The notes under the pieces: model-generated
Databases searched by the model: none
What the model was told of the DNA's origin: nothing
What the model saw: the letters and a program-made list of their open reading frames with translations, nothing else
Shown here: positions 50,101 through 64,000 of the stretch, piece by piece
How positions within the stretch are numbered: position 1 is the stretch's first letter
Layout: each line of letters opens with the position of its first letter
Position numbers and translations under genes: made by a program
Source of the DNA: Eledone cirrhosa
Taxonomy: Eukaryota
Reading direction: 5' to 3'
DNA length: 64,000 nucleotides
Assembly: GCA_964016885.1 (NCBI GenBank)
Contig: OZ024743.1
Location: 373,550,001 to 373,614,000, forward strand

Positions 50101-53100
50101 GTCCTTAACCATCCTATCACTGTCTCTCTCCCGTCCTTTACCATCCTATCACTGTCTCTCTCCCGTCCTTAACCATCCTATCACTGTCTGCCTCCCATCC
50201 TTTATCATCCTATCACTGTCTGTCTCCCATCCTTAACCATCCTATCACTGTCTCCCTCCCGTCCTTAACCATCCTATCACTGTCTCTCTCCCGTCCTTTA
50301 CCATGCTATCACTGTCCGTCTTTCGTCCTTAACCATCCTATCACTGTCTCTCTCCCGTCCTTAACCATCCTATCACTGTCTCTCTCCCGTCCTTAACCAT
50401 CCTATCACTGTCTCTCTCCCGTCCTTTACCATCCTATCACTGTCTGTCTCCTGTCCTTAACCATCCTATCACTGTCTCTCTCCCGTCCTTTACCATCCTA
50501 TCACTGTCTCCCTCCCGTCCTTAACCATCCTATCACTGTCTGCCTCCCATCCTTTATCATCCTATCACTGTCTGTCTCCCATCCTTAACCATCCTATCAC
50601 TGTCTCCCTCCCGTCCCTAACCATCCTATCACTGTCTCCCTCCCATCCTTAACCATCCTATCACTGTCTCTCTCCCGTCCTTAACCATCCTATCACTGTC
50701 TCTCTCCCGTCCTTTACCATCCTATCACTGTCTCCCTCCCGTCCTTAACCATCCTATCACTGTCTGTCTCCCGTCCTTTACCATCCTATCACTGTCTGTC
50801 TCCCGTCCTTAACCATCCTATCACTGTCTCTCTCCCGTCCTTACCCATCCTATCACTGTCTCCCTCCCGTCCTTAACCATCCTATCAGTGTCTCCCTCCC
50901 GTCCTTAACCATCCTATCACTGTCTGTCTCCCGTCCTTAACCATCCTATCACTGTCTGTCTCCTGTCCTTAACCATCCTATCACTGTCTGTCTCCCATCC
51001 TTAACCATCCTATCACTGTCTCTCTCCCGTCCTTTACCATCCTATCACTGTCTGTCTCCTGTCCTTAACCATCCTATCACTGTCTGTCTCCCTTCCTTAA
51101 CCATCCTATCACTGTCTGTCTCCCGTCCTTTACCATCCTATCACTGTCTGTCTCCCATCCTTAACCATCCTATCACTGTCTCTCTCCCGTCCTTAACCAT
51201 CCTATCACTGTCTCTCTCCCGTCCTTAACCATCCTATCACTGTCTGTCTCCCGTCCTTAACCATCCTATCACTGTCTCTCTCCCATCCTTTATCATCCTA
51301 TCACTGTCTCTCTCCCGTCCTTAACCATCCTATCACTGTCTGTCTCCCGTCCTTAACCATCCTATCACTGTCTCTCTCCCATCCTTTATCATCCTATCAC
51401 TGTCTCTCTCCCGTCCTTTACCATCCTATCACTGTCTCCCTCCCGTCCTTAACCATCCTATCACTGTCTCTCTCCCGTCCTTAACTATCCTATCACTGTC
51501 TGTCTCCCATCCTTTATCATCCTATCACTGTCTCCCTCCCGTCCTTAACCATCCTATCACTGTCTCTCTCCCGTCCTTAACCATCCTATCACTGTCTCTC
51601 TCCCGTCCTTTACCATCCTATCACTGTCTGTCTCCCATCCTTTATCATCCTATCACTGTCTCCCTCCCGTCCTTAACCATCCTATCACTGTCTCCCTCCT
51701 GTCCTTAACCATCCTATCACTGTTTCCCGTCCTTAACCATCCTATCACTGTCTCTATCCCGTCCTTTACCATCCTATCACTGTCTGTCTCCCATCCTTTA
51801 TCATCCTATCACTGTCTCCCTCCCGTCCTTAACCATCCTATTACTGTCTCCCTCCTGTCCTTAACCATCCTATCACTGTTTCCCGTCCTTAACCATCCTA
51901 TCACTGTCTCCCTCCTGTCCTTAACCATCCTATCACTGTTTCCCGTCCTTAACCATCCTATCACTGTCTCTCTCCCGTCCTTTACCATCCTATCACTGTC
52001 TGTCTCCCATCCTTTATCATCCTATCACTGTCTCCCTCCCGTCCTTAACCATCCTATCACTGTCTCCCTCCCATCCTTAACCATCCTATCACTGTCTCCC
52101 GTCCTTAACCATCCTATCACTGTCTCTCTCCCGTCCTTAACCATCCTATCACTGTCTCTCTCCCGTCCTTTATCATCCTATCACTGTCTGTCTCCCGTCC
52201 TTAACCATCCTATCACTGTCTCCCTCCTGTCCTTAACCATCCTATCACTGTCTCTCTCCCGTCCTTTACCATGCTATCACTGTCTCTCTCTCGTCCTTAA
52301 CCATCCTATCACTGTCTCTCTCCCGTCCTTAACCATCCTATCACTGTCTCTCTCCCGTCCTTTACCATCCTATCACTGTCTCTCTCCCGTCCTTAACCAT
52401 CCTATCACTGTCTGCCTCCCATCCTTTATCATCCTATCACTGTCTGTCTCCCATCCTTAACCATCCTATCACTGTCTCCCTCCCGTCCTTAACCATCCTA
52501 TCACTGTCTCTCTCCCGTCCTTTACCATGCTATCACTGTCCGTCTCTCGTCCTTAACCATCCTATCACTGTCTCTCTCCCGTCCTTAACCATCCTATCAC
52601 TGTCTCTCTCCCGTCCTTAACCATCCTATCACTGTCTCTCTCCCGTCCTTAACCATCCTATCACTGTCTCTCTCCCGTCCTTTACCATCCTATCACTGTC
52701 TCCCTCCCGTCCTTAACCATCCTATCACTGTCTGCCTCCCATCCTTTATCATCCTATCACTGTCTGTCTCCCATCCTTAACCATCCTATCACTGTCTCTC
52801 TCCCGTCCTTTATCATCCTATCACTGTCTCCCTCCCGTCCTTAACCATCCTATCACTGTCTGTCTCCCGTCCTTAACCATCCTATCACTGTCTGTCTCCC
52901 GTCCTTAACCATCCTATCACTGTCTGTCTCCCGTCCTTAACCATCCTATCACTGTCTCTCTCCCGTCCTTAACCATCCTATCACTGTCTCTCTCCCGTCC
53001 TTAACCATCCTATCACTGTCTCTCTCCCGTCCTTAACCATCCTATCACTGTCTCTCTCCCGTCCTTTACCATGCTATCACTGTCTGTCTCCCATCCTTAA

Positions 53101-56100
53101 CCATCCTATCACTGTCTCTCTCCCGTCCTTTATCATCCTATCACTGTCTCCCTCCCGTCCTTAACCATCCTATCACTGTCTGTCTCCCGTCCTTAACCAT
53201 CCTATCACTGTCTGTCTCCCGTCCTTAACCATCCTATCACTGTCTGTCTCCCGTCCTTAACCATCCTATCACTGTCTGTCTCCCATCCTTAACCATCCTA
53301 TCACTGTCTCTCTCCCGTCCTTAACCATCCTATCACTGTCTCTCTCCCGTCCTTTACCATCCTATCACTGTCTCTTTCCCGTCCTTAACCATCCTATCAC
53401 TGTCTCTCTCCCGTCCTTAACCATCCTATCACTGTCTGTCTCCCATCCTTTATCATACTATCACTGTCTCCCTCCCGTCCTTAACCATCCTATCACTGTC
53501 TCTCTCCCGTCCTTAACCATCCTATCACTGTCTCTCTCCCGTCCTTTACCATCCTATCACTGTCTCCCTCCCGTCCTTAACCATCCTATCACTGTCTGTC
53601 TCCCGTCCTTTACCATCCTATCACTGTCTGTCTCCCGTCCTTAACCATCCTATCACTGTCTCTCTCCCGTCCTTACCCATCCTATCACTGTCTCCCTCCC
53701 GTCCTTAACCATCCTATCAGTGTCTCCCTCCCGTCCTTAACCATCCTATCACTGTCTGTCTCCCGTCCTTAACCATCCTATCACTGTCTGTCTCCTGTCC
53801 TTAACCATCCTATCACTGTCTGTCTCCCATCCTTAACCATCCTATCACTGTCTCTCTCCCGTCCTTTACCATCCTATCACTGTCTGTCTCCTGTCCTTAA
53901 CCATCCTATCACTGTCTGTCTCCCTTCCTTAACCATCCTATCACTGTCTGTCTCCCGTCCTTTACCATCCTATCACTGTCTGTCTCCCATCCTTAACCAT
54001 CCTATCACTGTCTCTCTCCCGTCCTTAACCATCCTATCACTGTCTCTCTCCCGTCCTTAACCATCCTATCACTGTCTGTCTCCCGTCCTTAACCATCCTA
54101 TCACTGTCTCTCTCCCATCCTTTATCATCCTATCACTGTCTCTCTCCCGTCCTTAACCATCCTATCACTGTCTGTCTCCCGTCCTTAACCATCCTATCAC
54201 TGTCTCTCTCCCATCCTTTATCATCCTATCACTGTCTCTCTCCCGTCCTTTACCATCCTATCACTGTCTCCCTCCCGTCCTTAACCATCCTATCACTGTC
54301 TCTCTCCCGTCCTTAACTATCCTATCACTGTCTGTCTCCCATCCTTTATCATCCTATCACTGTCTCCCTCCCGTCCTTAACCATCCTATCACTGTCTCTC
54401 TCCCGTCCTTAACCATCCTATCACTGTCTCTCTCCCGTCCTTTAACATCCTATCACTGTCTGTCTCCCATCCTTTATCATCCTATCACTGTCTCCCTCCC
54501 GTCCTTAACCATCCTATCACTGTCTCCCTCCTGTCCTTAACCATCCTATCACTGTTTCCCGTCCTTAACCATCCTATCACTGACTCTATCCCGTCCTTTA
54601 CCATCCTATCACTGTCTGTCTCCCATCCTTTATCATCCTATCACTGTCTCCCTCCCGTCCTTAACCATCCTATTACTGTCTCCCTCCTGTCCTTAACCAT
54701 CCTATCACTGTTTCCCGTCCTTAACCATCCTATCACTGTCTCCCTCCTGTCCTTAACCATCCTATCACTGTTTCCCGTCCTTAACCATCCTATCACTGTC
54801 TCTCTCCCGTCCTTTACCATCCTATCACTGTCTGTCTCCCATCCTTTATCATCCTATCACTGTCTCCCTCCCGTCCTTAACCATCCTATCACTGTCTCCC
54901 TCCCATCCTTAACCATCCTATCACTGTCTCCCGTCCTTAACCATCCTATCACTGTCTCCCGTCCTTAACCATCCTATCACTGTCTCTCTCCCGTCCTTTA
55001 TCATCCTATCACTGTCTGTCTCCCGTCCTTAACCATCCTATCACTGTCTCCCTCCTGTCCTTAACCATCCTATCACTGTCTCTCTCCCGTCCTTTACCAT
55101 GCTATCACTGTCTGTCTCTCGTCCTTAACCATCCTATCACTGTCTCTCTCCCGTCCTTAACCATCCTATCACTGTCTCTCTCCCGTCCTTTACCATCCTA
55201 TCACTGTCTCTCTCCCGTCCTTAACCATCCTATCACTGTCTGCCTCCCATCCTTTATCATCCTATCACTGTCTGTCTCCCATCCTTAACCATCCTATCAC
55301 TGTCTCCCTCCCGTCCTTAACCATCCTATCACTGTCTCTCTCCCGTCCTTTACCATGCTATCACTGTCCGTCTCTCGTCCTTAACCATCCTATCACTGTC
55401 TCTCTCCCGTCCTTAACCATCCTATCACTGTCTCTCTCCCGTCCTTAACCATCCTATCACTGTCTCTCTCCCGTCCTTAACCATCCTATCACTGTCTCTC
55501 TCCCGTCCTTTACCATCCTATCACTGTCTCCCTCCCGTCCTTAACCATCCTATCACTGTCTGCCTCCCATCCTTTATCATCCTATCACTGTCTGTCTCCC
55601 ATCCTTAACCATCCTATCACTGTCTCTCTCCCGTCCTTTATCATCCTATCACTGTCTCCCTCCCGTCCTTAACCATCCTATCACTGTCTGTCTCCCGTCC
55701 TTAACCATCCTATCACTGTCTGTCTCCCGTCCTTAACCATCCTATCACTGTCTGTCTCCCGTCCTTAACCATCCTATCACTGTCTCTCTCCCGTCCTTAA
55801 CCATCCTATCACTGTCTCTCTCCCGTCCTTAACCATCCTATCACTGTCTCTCTCCCGTCCTTAACCATCCTATCACTGTCTCTCTCCCGTCCTTTACCAT
55901 GCTATCACTGTCTGTCTCCCATCCTTAACCATCCTATCACTGTCTCTCTCCCGTCCTTTATCATCCTATCACTGTCTCCCTCCCGTCCTTAACCATCCTA
56001 TCACTGTCTGTCTCCCGTCCTTAACCATCCTATCACTGTCTGTCTCCCGTCCTTAACCATCCTATCACTGTCTGTCTCCCGTCCTTAACCATCCTATCAC

Positions 56101-59100
56101 TGTCTGTCTCCCATCCTTAACCATCCTATCACTGTCTCTCTCCCGTCCTTTACCATCCTATCACTGTCTCTTTCCCGTCCTTAACCATCCTATCACTGTC
56201 TCTCTCCCGTCCTTAACCATCCTATCACTGTCTGTCTCCCATCCTTTATCATACTATCACTGTCTCCCTCCCGTCCTTAACCATCCTATCACTGTCTCTC
56301 TCCCGTCCTTAACCATCCTATCACTGTCTCTCTCCCGTCCTTAACCATCCTATCACTGTCTCTCTCCCGTCCTTTACCATCCTATCACTGTCTCCCTCCC
56401 GTCCTTAACCATCCTATCACTGTCTGTCTCCCGTCCTTTACCATCCTATCACTGTCTGTCTCCCGTCCTTAACCATCCTATCACTGTCTCTCTCCCGTCC
56501 TTACCCATCCTATCACTGTCTCCCTCCCGTCCTTAACCATCCTATCAGTGTCTCCCTCCCGTCCTTAACCATCCTATCACTGTCTGTCTCCCGTCCTTAA
56601 CCATCCTATCACTGTCTGTCTCCTGTCCTTAACCATCCTATCACTGTCTGTCTCCCATCCTTAACCATCCTATCACTGTCTCTCTCCCGTCCTTTACCAT
56701 CCTATCACTGTCTGTCTCCTGTCCTTAACCATCCTATCACTGTCTGTCTCCCTTCCTTAACCATCCTATCACTGTCTGTCTCCCGTCCTTTACCATCCTA
56801 TCACTGTCTGTCTCCCATCCTTAACCATCCTATCACTGTCTCTCTCCCGTCCTTAACCATCCTATCACTGTCTCTCTCTCCCGTCCTTAACCATCCTATC
56901 ACTGTCTGTCTCCCGTCCTTAACCATCCTATCACTGTCTCTCTCCCATCCTTTATCATCCTATCACTGTCTCTCTCCCGTCCTTAACCATCCTATCACTG
57001 TCTGTCTCCCGTCCTTAACCATCCTATCACTGTCTCTCTCCCATCCTTTATCATCCTATCACTGTCTCTCTCCCGTCCTTTACCATCCTATCACTGTCTC
57101 CCTCCCGTCCTTAACCATCCTATCACTGTCTCTCTCCCGTCCTTAACTATCCTATCACTGTCTGTCTCCCATCCTTTATCATCCTATCACTGTCTCCCTC
57201 CCGTCCTTAACCATCCTATCACTGTCTCTCTCCCGTCCTTAACCATCCTATCACTGTCTCTCTCCCGTCCTTTAACATCCTATCACTGTCTGTCTCCCAT
57301 CCTTTATCATCCTATCACTGTCTCCCTCCCGTCCTTAACCATCCTATCACTGTCTCCCTCCTGTCCTTAACCATCCTATCACTGTTTCCCGTCCTTAACC
57401 ATCCTATCACTGACTCTATCCCGTCCTTTACCATCCTATCACTGTCTGTCTCCCATCCTTTATCATCCTATCACTGTCTCCCTCCCGTCCTTAACCATCC
57501 TATTACTGTCTCCCTCCTGTCCTTAACCATCCTATCACTGTTTGCCGTCCTTAACCATCCTATCACTGTCTCCCTCCTGTCCTTAACCATCCTATCACTG
57601 TTTCCCGTCCTTAACCATCCTATCACTGTCTCTCTCCCGTCCTTTACCATCCTATCACTGTCTGTCTCCCATCCTTTATCATCCTATCACTGTCTCCCTC
57701 CCGTCCTTAACCATCCTATCACTGTCTCCCTCCCATCCTTAACCATCCTATCACTGTCTCCCGTCCTTAACCATCCTATCACTGTCTCTCTCCCGTCCTT
57801 AACCATCCTATCACTGTCTCTCTCCCGTCCTTTATCATCCTATCACTGTCTGTCTCCCGTCCTTAACCATCCTATCACTGTCTCCCTCCTGTCCTTAACC
57901 ATCCTATCACTGTCTCTCTCCCGTCCTTTACCATGCTATCACTGTCTGTCTCTCGTCCTTAACCATCCTATCACTGTCTCTCTCCCGTCCTTAACCATCC
58001 TATCACTGTCTCTCTCCCGTCCTCTACCATCCTATCACTGTCTCTCTCCCGTCCTTAACCATCCTATCACTGTCTGCCTCCCATCCTTTATCATCCTATC
58101 ACTGTCTGTCTCCCATCCTTAACCATCCTATCACTGTCTCCCTCCCGTCCTTAACCATCCTATCACTGTCTCTCTCCCGTCCTTTACCATGCTATCACTG
58201 TCCGTCTCTCGTCCTTAACCATCCTATCACTGTCTCTCTCCCGTCCTTAACCATCCTATCACTGTCTCTCTCCCGTCCTTAACCATCCTATCACTGTCTC
58301 TCTCCCGTCCTTTACCATCCTATCACTGTCTGTCTCCTGTCCTTAACCATCCTATCACTGTCTCTCTCCCGTCCTTTACCATCCTATCACTGTCTCCCTC
58401 CCGTCCTTAACCATCCTATCACTGTCTGCCTCCCATCCTTTATCATCCTATCACTGTCTGTCTCCCATCCTTAACCTTCCTATCACTGTCTCCCTCCCGT
58501 CCCTAACCATCCTATCACTGTCTCCCTCCCATCCTTAACCATCCTATCACTGTCTCTCTCCCGTCCTTAACCATCCTATCACTGTCTCTCTCCCGTCCTT
58601 TACCATCCTATCACTGTCTCCCTCCCGTCCTTAACCATCCTATCACTGTCTGTCTCCCGTCCTTTACCATCCTATCACTGTCTGTCTCCCGTCCTTAACC
58701 ATCCTATCACTGTCTCTCTCCCGTCCTTACCCATCCTATCACTGTCTCCCTCCCGTCCTTAACCATCCTATCAGTGTCTCCCTCCCGTCCTTAACCATCC
58801 TATCACTGTCTGTCTCCCGTCCTTAACCATCCTATCACTGTCTGTCTCCTGTCCTTAACCATCCTATCACTGTCTGTCTCCCATCCTTAACCATCCTATC
58901 ACTGTCTCTCTCCCGTCCTTTACCATCCTATCACTGTCTGTCTCCTGTCCTTAACCATCCTATCACTGTCTGTCTCCCTTCCTTAACCATCCTATCACTG
59001 TCTGTCTCCCGTCCTTTACCATCCTATCACTGTCTGTCTCCCATCCTTAACCATCCTATCACTGTCTCTCTCCCGTCCTTAACCATCCTATCACTGTCTC

Positions 59101-62100
59101 TCTCCCGTCCTTAACCATCCTATCACTGTCTGTCTCCCGTCCTTAACCATCCTATCACTGTCTCTCTCCCATCCTTTATCATCCTATCACTGTCTCTCTC
59201 CCGTCCTTAACCATCCTATCACTGTCTGTCTCCCGTCCTTAACCATCCTATCACTGTCTCTCTCCCATCCTTTATCATCCTATCACTGTCTCTCTCCCGT
59301 CCTTTACCATCCTATCACTGTCTCCCTCCCGTCCTTAACCATCCTATCACTGTCTCTCTCCCGTCCTTAACTATCCTATCACTGTCTGTCTCCCATCCTT
59401 TATCATCCTATCACTGTCTCCCTCCCGTCCTTAACCATCCTATCACTGTCTCTCTCCCGTCCTTAACCATCCTATCACTGTCTCTCTCCCGTCCTTTACC
59501 ATCCTATCACTGTCTGTCTCCCATCCTTTATCATCCTATCACTGTCTCCCTCCCGTCCTTAACCATCCTATCACTGTCTCCCTCCTGTCCTTAACCATCC
59601 TATCACTGTTTCCCGTCCTTAACCATCCTATCACTGTCTCTATCCCGTCCTTTACCATCCTATCACTGTCTGTCTCCCATCCTTTATCATCCTATCACTG
59701 TCTCCCTCCCGTCCTTAACCATCCTATTACTGTCTCCCTCCTGTCCTTAACCATCCTATCACTGTTTCCCGTCCTTAACCATCCTATCACTGTCTCCCTC
59801 CTGTCCTTAACCATCCTATCACTGTTTCCCGTCCTTAACCATCCTATCACTGTCTCTCTCCCGTCCTTTACCATCCTATCACTGTCTGTCTCCCATCCTT
59901 TATCATCCTATCACTGTCTCCCTCCCGTCCTTAACCATCCTATCACTGTCTCCCTCCCATCCTTAACCATCCTATCACTGTCTCCCGTCCTTAACCATCC
60001 TATCACTGTCTCTCTCCCGTCCTTTATCATCCTATCACTGTCTGTCTCCCGTCCTTAACCATCCTATCACTGTCTCCCTCCTGTCCTTAACCATCCTATC
60101 ACTGTCTCTCTCCCGTCCTTTACCATGCTATCACTGTCTCTCTCTCGTCCTTAACCATCCTATCACTGTCTCTCTCCCGTCCTTAACCATCCTATCACTG
60201 TCTCTCTCCCGTCCTTTACCATCCTATCACTGTCTCTCTCCCGTCCTTAACCATCCTATCACTGTCTGCCTCCCATCCTTTATCATCCTATCACTGTCTG
60301 TCTCCCATCCTTAACCATCCTATCACTGTCTCCCTCCCGTCCTTAACCATCCTATCACTGTCTCTCTCCCGTCCTTTACCATGCTATCACTGTCCGTCTC
60401 TCGTCCTTAACCATCCTATCACTGTCTCTCTCCCGTCCTTAACCATCCTATCACTGTCTCTCTCCCGTCCTTAACCATCCTATCACTGTCTCTCTCCCGT
60501 CCTTAACCATCCTATCACTGTCTCTCTCCCGTCCTTTACCATCCTATCACTGTCTCCCTCCCGTCCTTAACCATCCTATCACTGTCTGCCTCCCATCCTT
60601 TATCATCCTATCACTGTCTGTCTCCCATCCTTAACCATCCTATCACTGTCTCCCTCCCGTCCTTAACCATCCTATCACTGTCTCCCTCCCATCCTTAACC
60701 ATCCTATCACTGTCTCCCGTCCTTAACCATCCTATCACTGTCTGTCTCCCATCCTTTATCATCCTATTACTGTCTCCCTCCCGTCCTTAACCATCCTATC
60801 ACTGTCTCCCTCCCGTCCTTAACCATCCTATCACTGTCTCCCGTGCTTAACCATCCTATCACTGTCTCTCTCCCGTCCTTAACCATCCTATCACTGTCTC
60901 TCTCCCGTCCTTTACCATCCTATCACTGTCTCCCTCCCGTCCTTAACCATCCTATCACTGTCTCTCTCCCGTCCTTTACCATGCTATCACTGTCTGTCTC
61001 TCGTCCTTAACCATCCTATCACTGTCTGTCTCCCATCCTTTATCATCCTATCACTGTCTCCCTCCCGTCCTTAACCATCCTATCACTGTCTCCCTCCCGT
61101 CCTTAACCATCGTATCACTGTCTCTCTCCCGTCCTTTACCATCCTATCACTGTCTGTCTCCCGTCCTTAACCATCCTATCACTGTCTCCCTCCCGTCCTT
61201 AACCATCCTATCACTGTCTCTCTCCCGTCCTTTACCATCCTATCACTGTCTCTCTCCCGTCCTTTACCATCCTATCACTGTCTGTCTCCCGTCCTTAACC
61301 ATCCTATCACTGTCTCCCTCCCGTCCTTAACCATCCTATCACTGTCTCCCTTCCTTAACCATCCTATCACTGTCTGTCTCCCGTCCTTAACCATCCTATC
61401 ACTGTCTGTCTCCCGTCCTTAACCATCCTATCACTGTCTGTCTCCCGTCCTTAACCATCCTATCACTGTCTGTCTCCCGTCCTTTACCATCCTATCACTG
61501 TCTCTCTCCCGTCCTTTACCATCCTATCACTGTCTGTCTCCCGTCCTTAACCATCCTATCACTGTCTGTCTCCCGTCCTTAACCATCCTATCACTGTCTG
61601 TCTCCCGTCCTTTACCATCCTATCACTGTCTCCCTCCCATCCTTAACCATCCTATCACTGTCTCCCTTCCTTAACCATCCTATCACTGTCTCTCTCCCGT
61701 CCTTTACCATCCTATCACTGTCTGTCTCCCGTCCTTAACCATCCTATCACTGTCTGTCTCCCGTCCTTAACCATCCTATCACTGTCTATCTCCCGTCCTT
61801 AACCATCCTATCACTGTCTCTCTCCCGTCCTTAACCATCCTATCACTGTCTCTCTCCCGTCCTTAACCATCCTATCACTGTCTCTCTCCCGTCCTTAACC
61901 ATCCTATCACTGTCTCTCTCCCGTCCTTTACCATGCTATCACTGTCTGTCTCCCGTCCTTAACCATCCTATCACTGTCTCTCTCCCGTCCTTTATCATCC
62001 TATCACTGTCTCCCTCCCGTCCTTAACCATCCTATCACTGTCTGTCTCCCGTCCTTAACCATCCTATCACTGTCTGTCTCCCGTCCTTAACCATCCTATC

Positions 62101-64000
62101 ACTGTCTGTCTCCCGTCCTTAACCATCCTATCACTGTCTGTCTCCCATCCTTAACCATCCTATCACTGTCTCTCTCCCGTCCTTTACCATCCTATCACTG
62201 TCTCTTTCCCGTCCTTAACCATCCTATCACTGTCTCTCTCCCGTCCTTAACCATCCTATCACTGTCTGTCTCCCATCCTTTATCATACTATCACTGTCTC
62301 CCTCCCGTCCTTAACCATCCTATCACTGTCTCTCTCCCGTCCTTAACCATCCTATCACTGTCTCTCTCCCGTCCTTAACCATCCTATCACTGTCTCTCTC
62401 CCGTCCTTTACCATCCTATCACTGTCTCCCTCCCGTCCTTAACCATCCTATCACTGTCTGTCTCCCGTCCTTTACCATCCTATCACTGTCTGTCTCCCGT
62501 CCTTAACCATCCTATCACTGTCTCTCTCCCGTCCTTACCCATCCTATCACTGTCTCCCTCCCGTCCTTAACCATCCTATCAGTGTCTCCCTCCCGTCCTT
62601 AACCATCCTATCACTGTCTGTCTCCCGTCCTTAACCATCCTATCACTGTCTGTCTCCTGTCCTTAACCATCCTATCACTGTCTGTCTCCCATCCTTAACC
62701 ATCCTATCACTGTCTCTCTCCCGTCCTTTACCATCCTATCACTGTCTGTCTCCTGTCCTTAACCATCCTATCACTGTCTGTCTCCCTTCCTTAACCATCC
62801 TATCACTGTCTGTCTCCTGTCCTTTACCATCCTATCACTGTCTGTCTCCCATCCTTAACCATCCTATCACTGTCTCTCTCCCGTCCTTAACCATCCTATC
62901 ACTGTCTCTCTCCCATCCTTTATCATCCTATCACTGTCTCTCTCCCATCCTTTATCATCCTATCACTGTCTCTCTCCCGTCCTTAACCATCCTATCACTG
63001 TCTGTCTCCCGTCCTTAACCATCCTATCACTGTCTCTCTCCCATCCTTTATCATCCTATCACTGTCTCTCTCCCGTCCTTTATCATCCTATCACTGTCTC
63101 CCTCCCGTCCTTAACCATCCTATCACTGTCTCTCTCCCGTCCTTAACTATCCTATCACTGTCTGTCTCCCATCCTTTATCATCCTATCACTGTCTCCCTC
63201 CCGTCCTTAACCATCCTATCACTGTCTCTCTCCCGTCCTTAACCATCCTATCACTGTCTCTCTCCCGTCCTTTACCATCCTATCACTGTCTGTCTCCCAT
63301 CCTTTATCATCCTATCACTGTCTCCCTCCCGTCCTTAACCATCCTATCACTGTCTCCCTCCTGTCCTTAACCATCCTATCACTGTTTCCCGTCCTTAACC
63401 ATCCTATCACTGTCTCTATCCCGTCCTTTACCATCCTATCACTGTCTGTCTCCCATCCTTTATCATCCTATCACTGTCTCCCTCCCGTCCTTAACCATCC
63501 TATCACTGTCTCCCTCCTGTCCTTAACCATCCTATCACTGTTTCCCGTCCTTAACCATCCTATCACTGTCTCCCTCCTGTCCTTAACCATCCTATCACTG
63601 TTTCCCGTCCTTAACCATCCTATCACTGTCTCTCTCCCGTCCTTTACCATCCTATCACTGTCTGTCTCCCATCCTTTATCATCCTATCACTGTCTCCCTC
63701 CCGTCCTTAACCATCCTATCACTGTCTCCCTCCCATCCTTAACCATCCTATCACTGTCTCCCGTCCTTAACCATCCTATCACTGTCTCTCTCCCGTCCTT
63801 AACCATCCTATCACTGTCTCTCTCCCGTCCTTTATCATCCTATCACTGTCTGTCTCCCGTCCTTAACCATCCTATCACTGTCTCCCTCCTGTCCTTAACC
63901 ATCCTATCACTGTCTCTCTCCCGTCCTTTACCATGCTATCACTGTCTCTCTCGTCCTTAACCATCCTATCACTGTCTCTCTCCCGTCCTTAACCATCCTA
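38118..64000. repeat. Intronic 32-bp satellite array (ACCATCCTATCACTGTCTSTCTCCCGTCCTTA), ~800 units, with higher-order repeats; runs off the window end
   Basis: Period 32 with 28-bp deletion variants. Diagnostic variants recur at kilobase spacing. Confidence 0.99.

Noticed and set aside
38118-64000. CRISPR array or telomeric repeat
   Set aside because: Units are head-to-tail with no unique spacers and no cas genes, in a eukaryotic context. There are no TTAGGG runs, only TTAAGG within a 32-mer.

Overview
Eukaryotic, AT-rich, microsatellite- and retroelement-dense genomic DNA. A cephalopod/octopus origin is inferred from the SINE/RTE repertoire and is not proven. The + strand carries 13 in-frame internal coding exons of a BLTP1 (KIAA1109/tweek) orthologue (1006-36050). 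The gene is incomplete at both ends, so the whole window is intragenic. The introns contain: two near-identical young RTE LINE copies whose RT has a PHD finger inserted; an inverted Penelope-like (GIY-YIG) element interrupted by one of these RTEs; several type I hammerhead ribozyme motifs; many tRNA-derived SINEs in both orientations; CRE-like remnants; MITEs; and multiple long hairpins. From about 38118 to the window end is a >25 kb pyrimidine-rich 32-bp satellite with higher-order structure. Its commonest unit contains TCCTTAAC followed 11 nt later by CAC (rarely CAG), which resembles the 3' end of a U12-type intron. Most ORFs in the supplied track are repeat artefacts.
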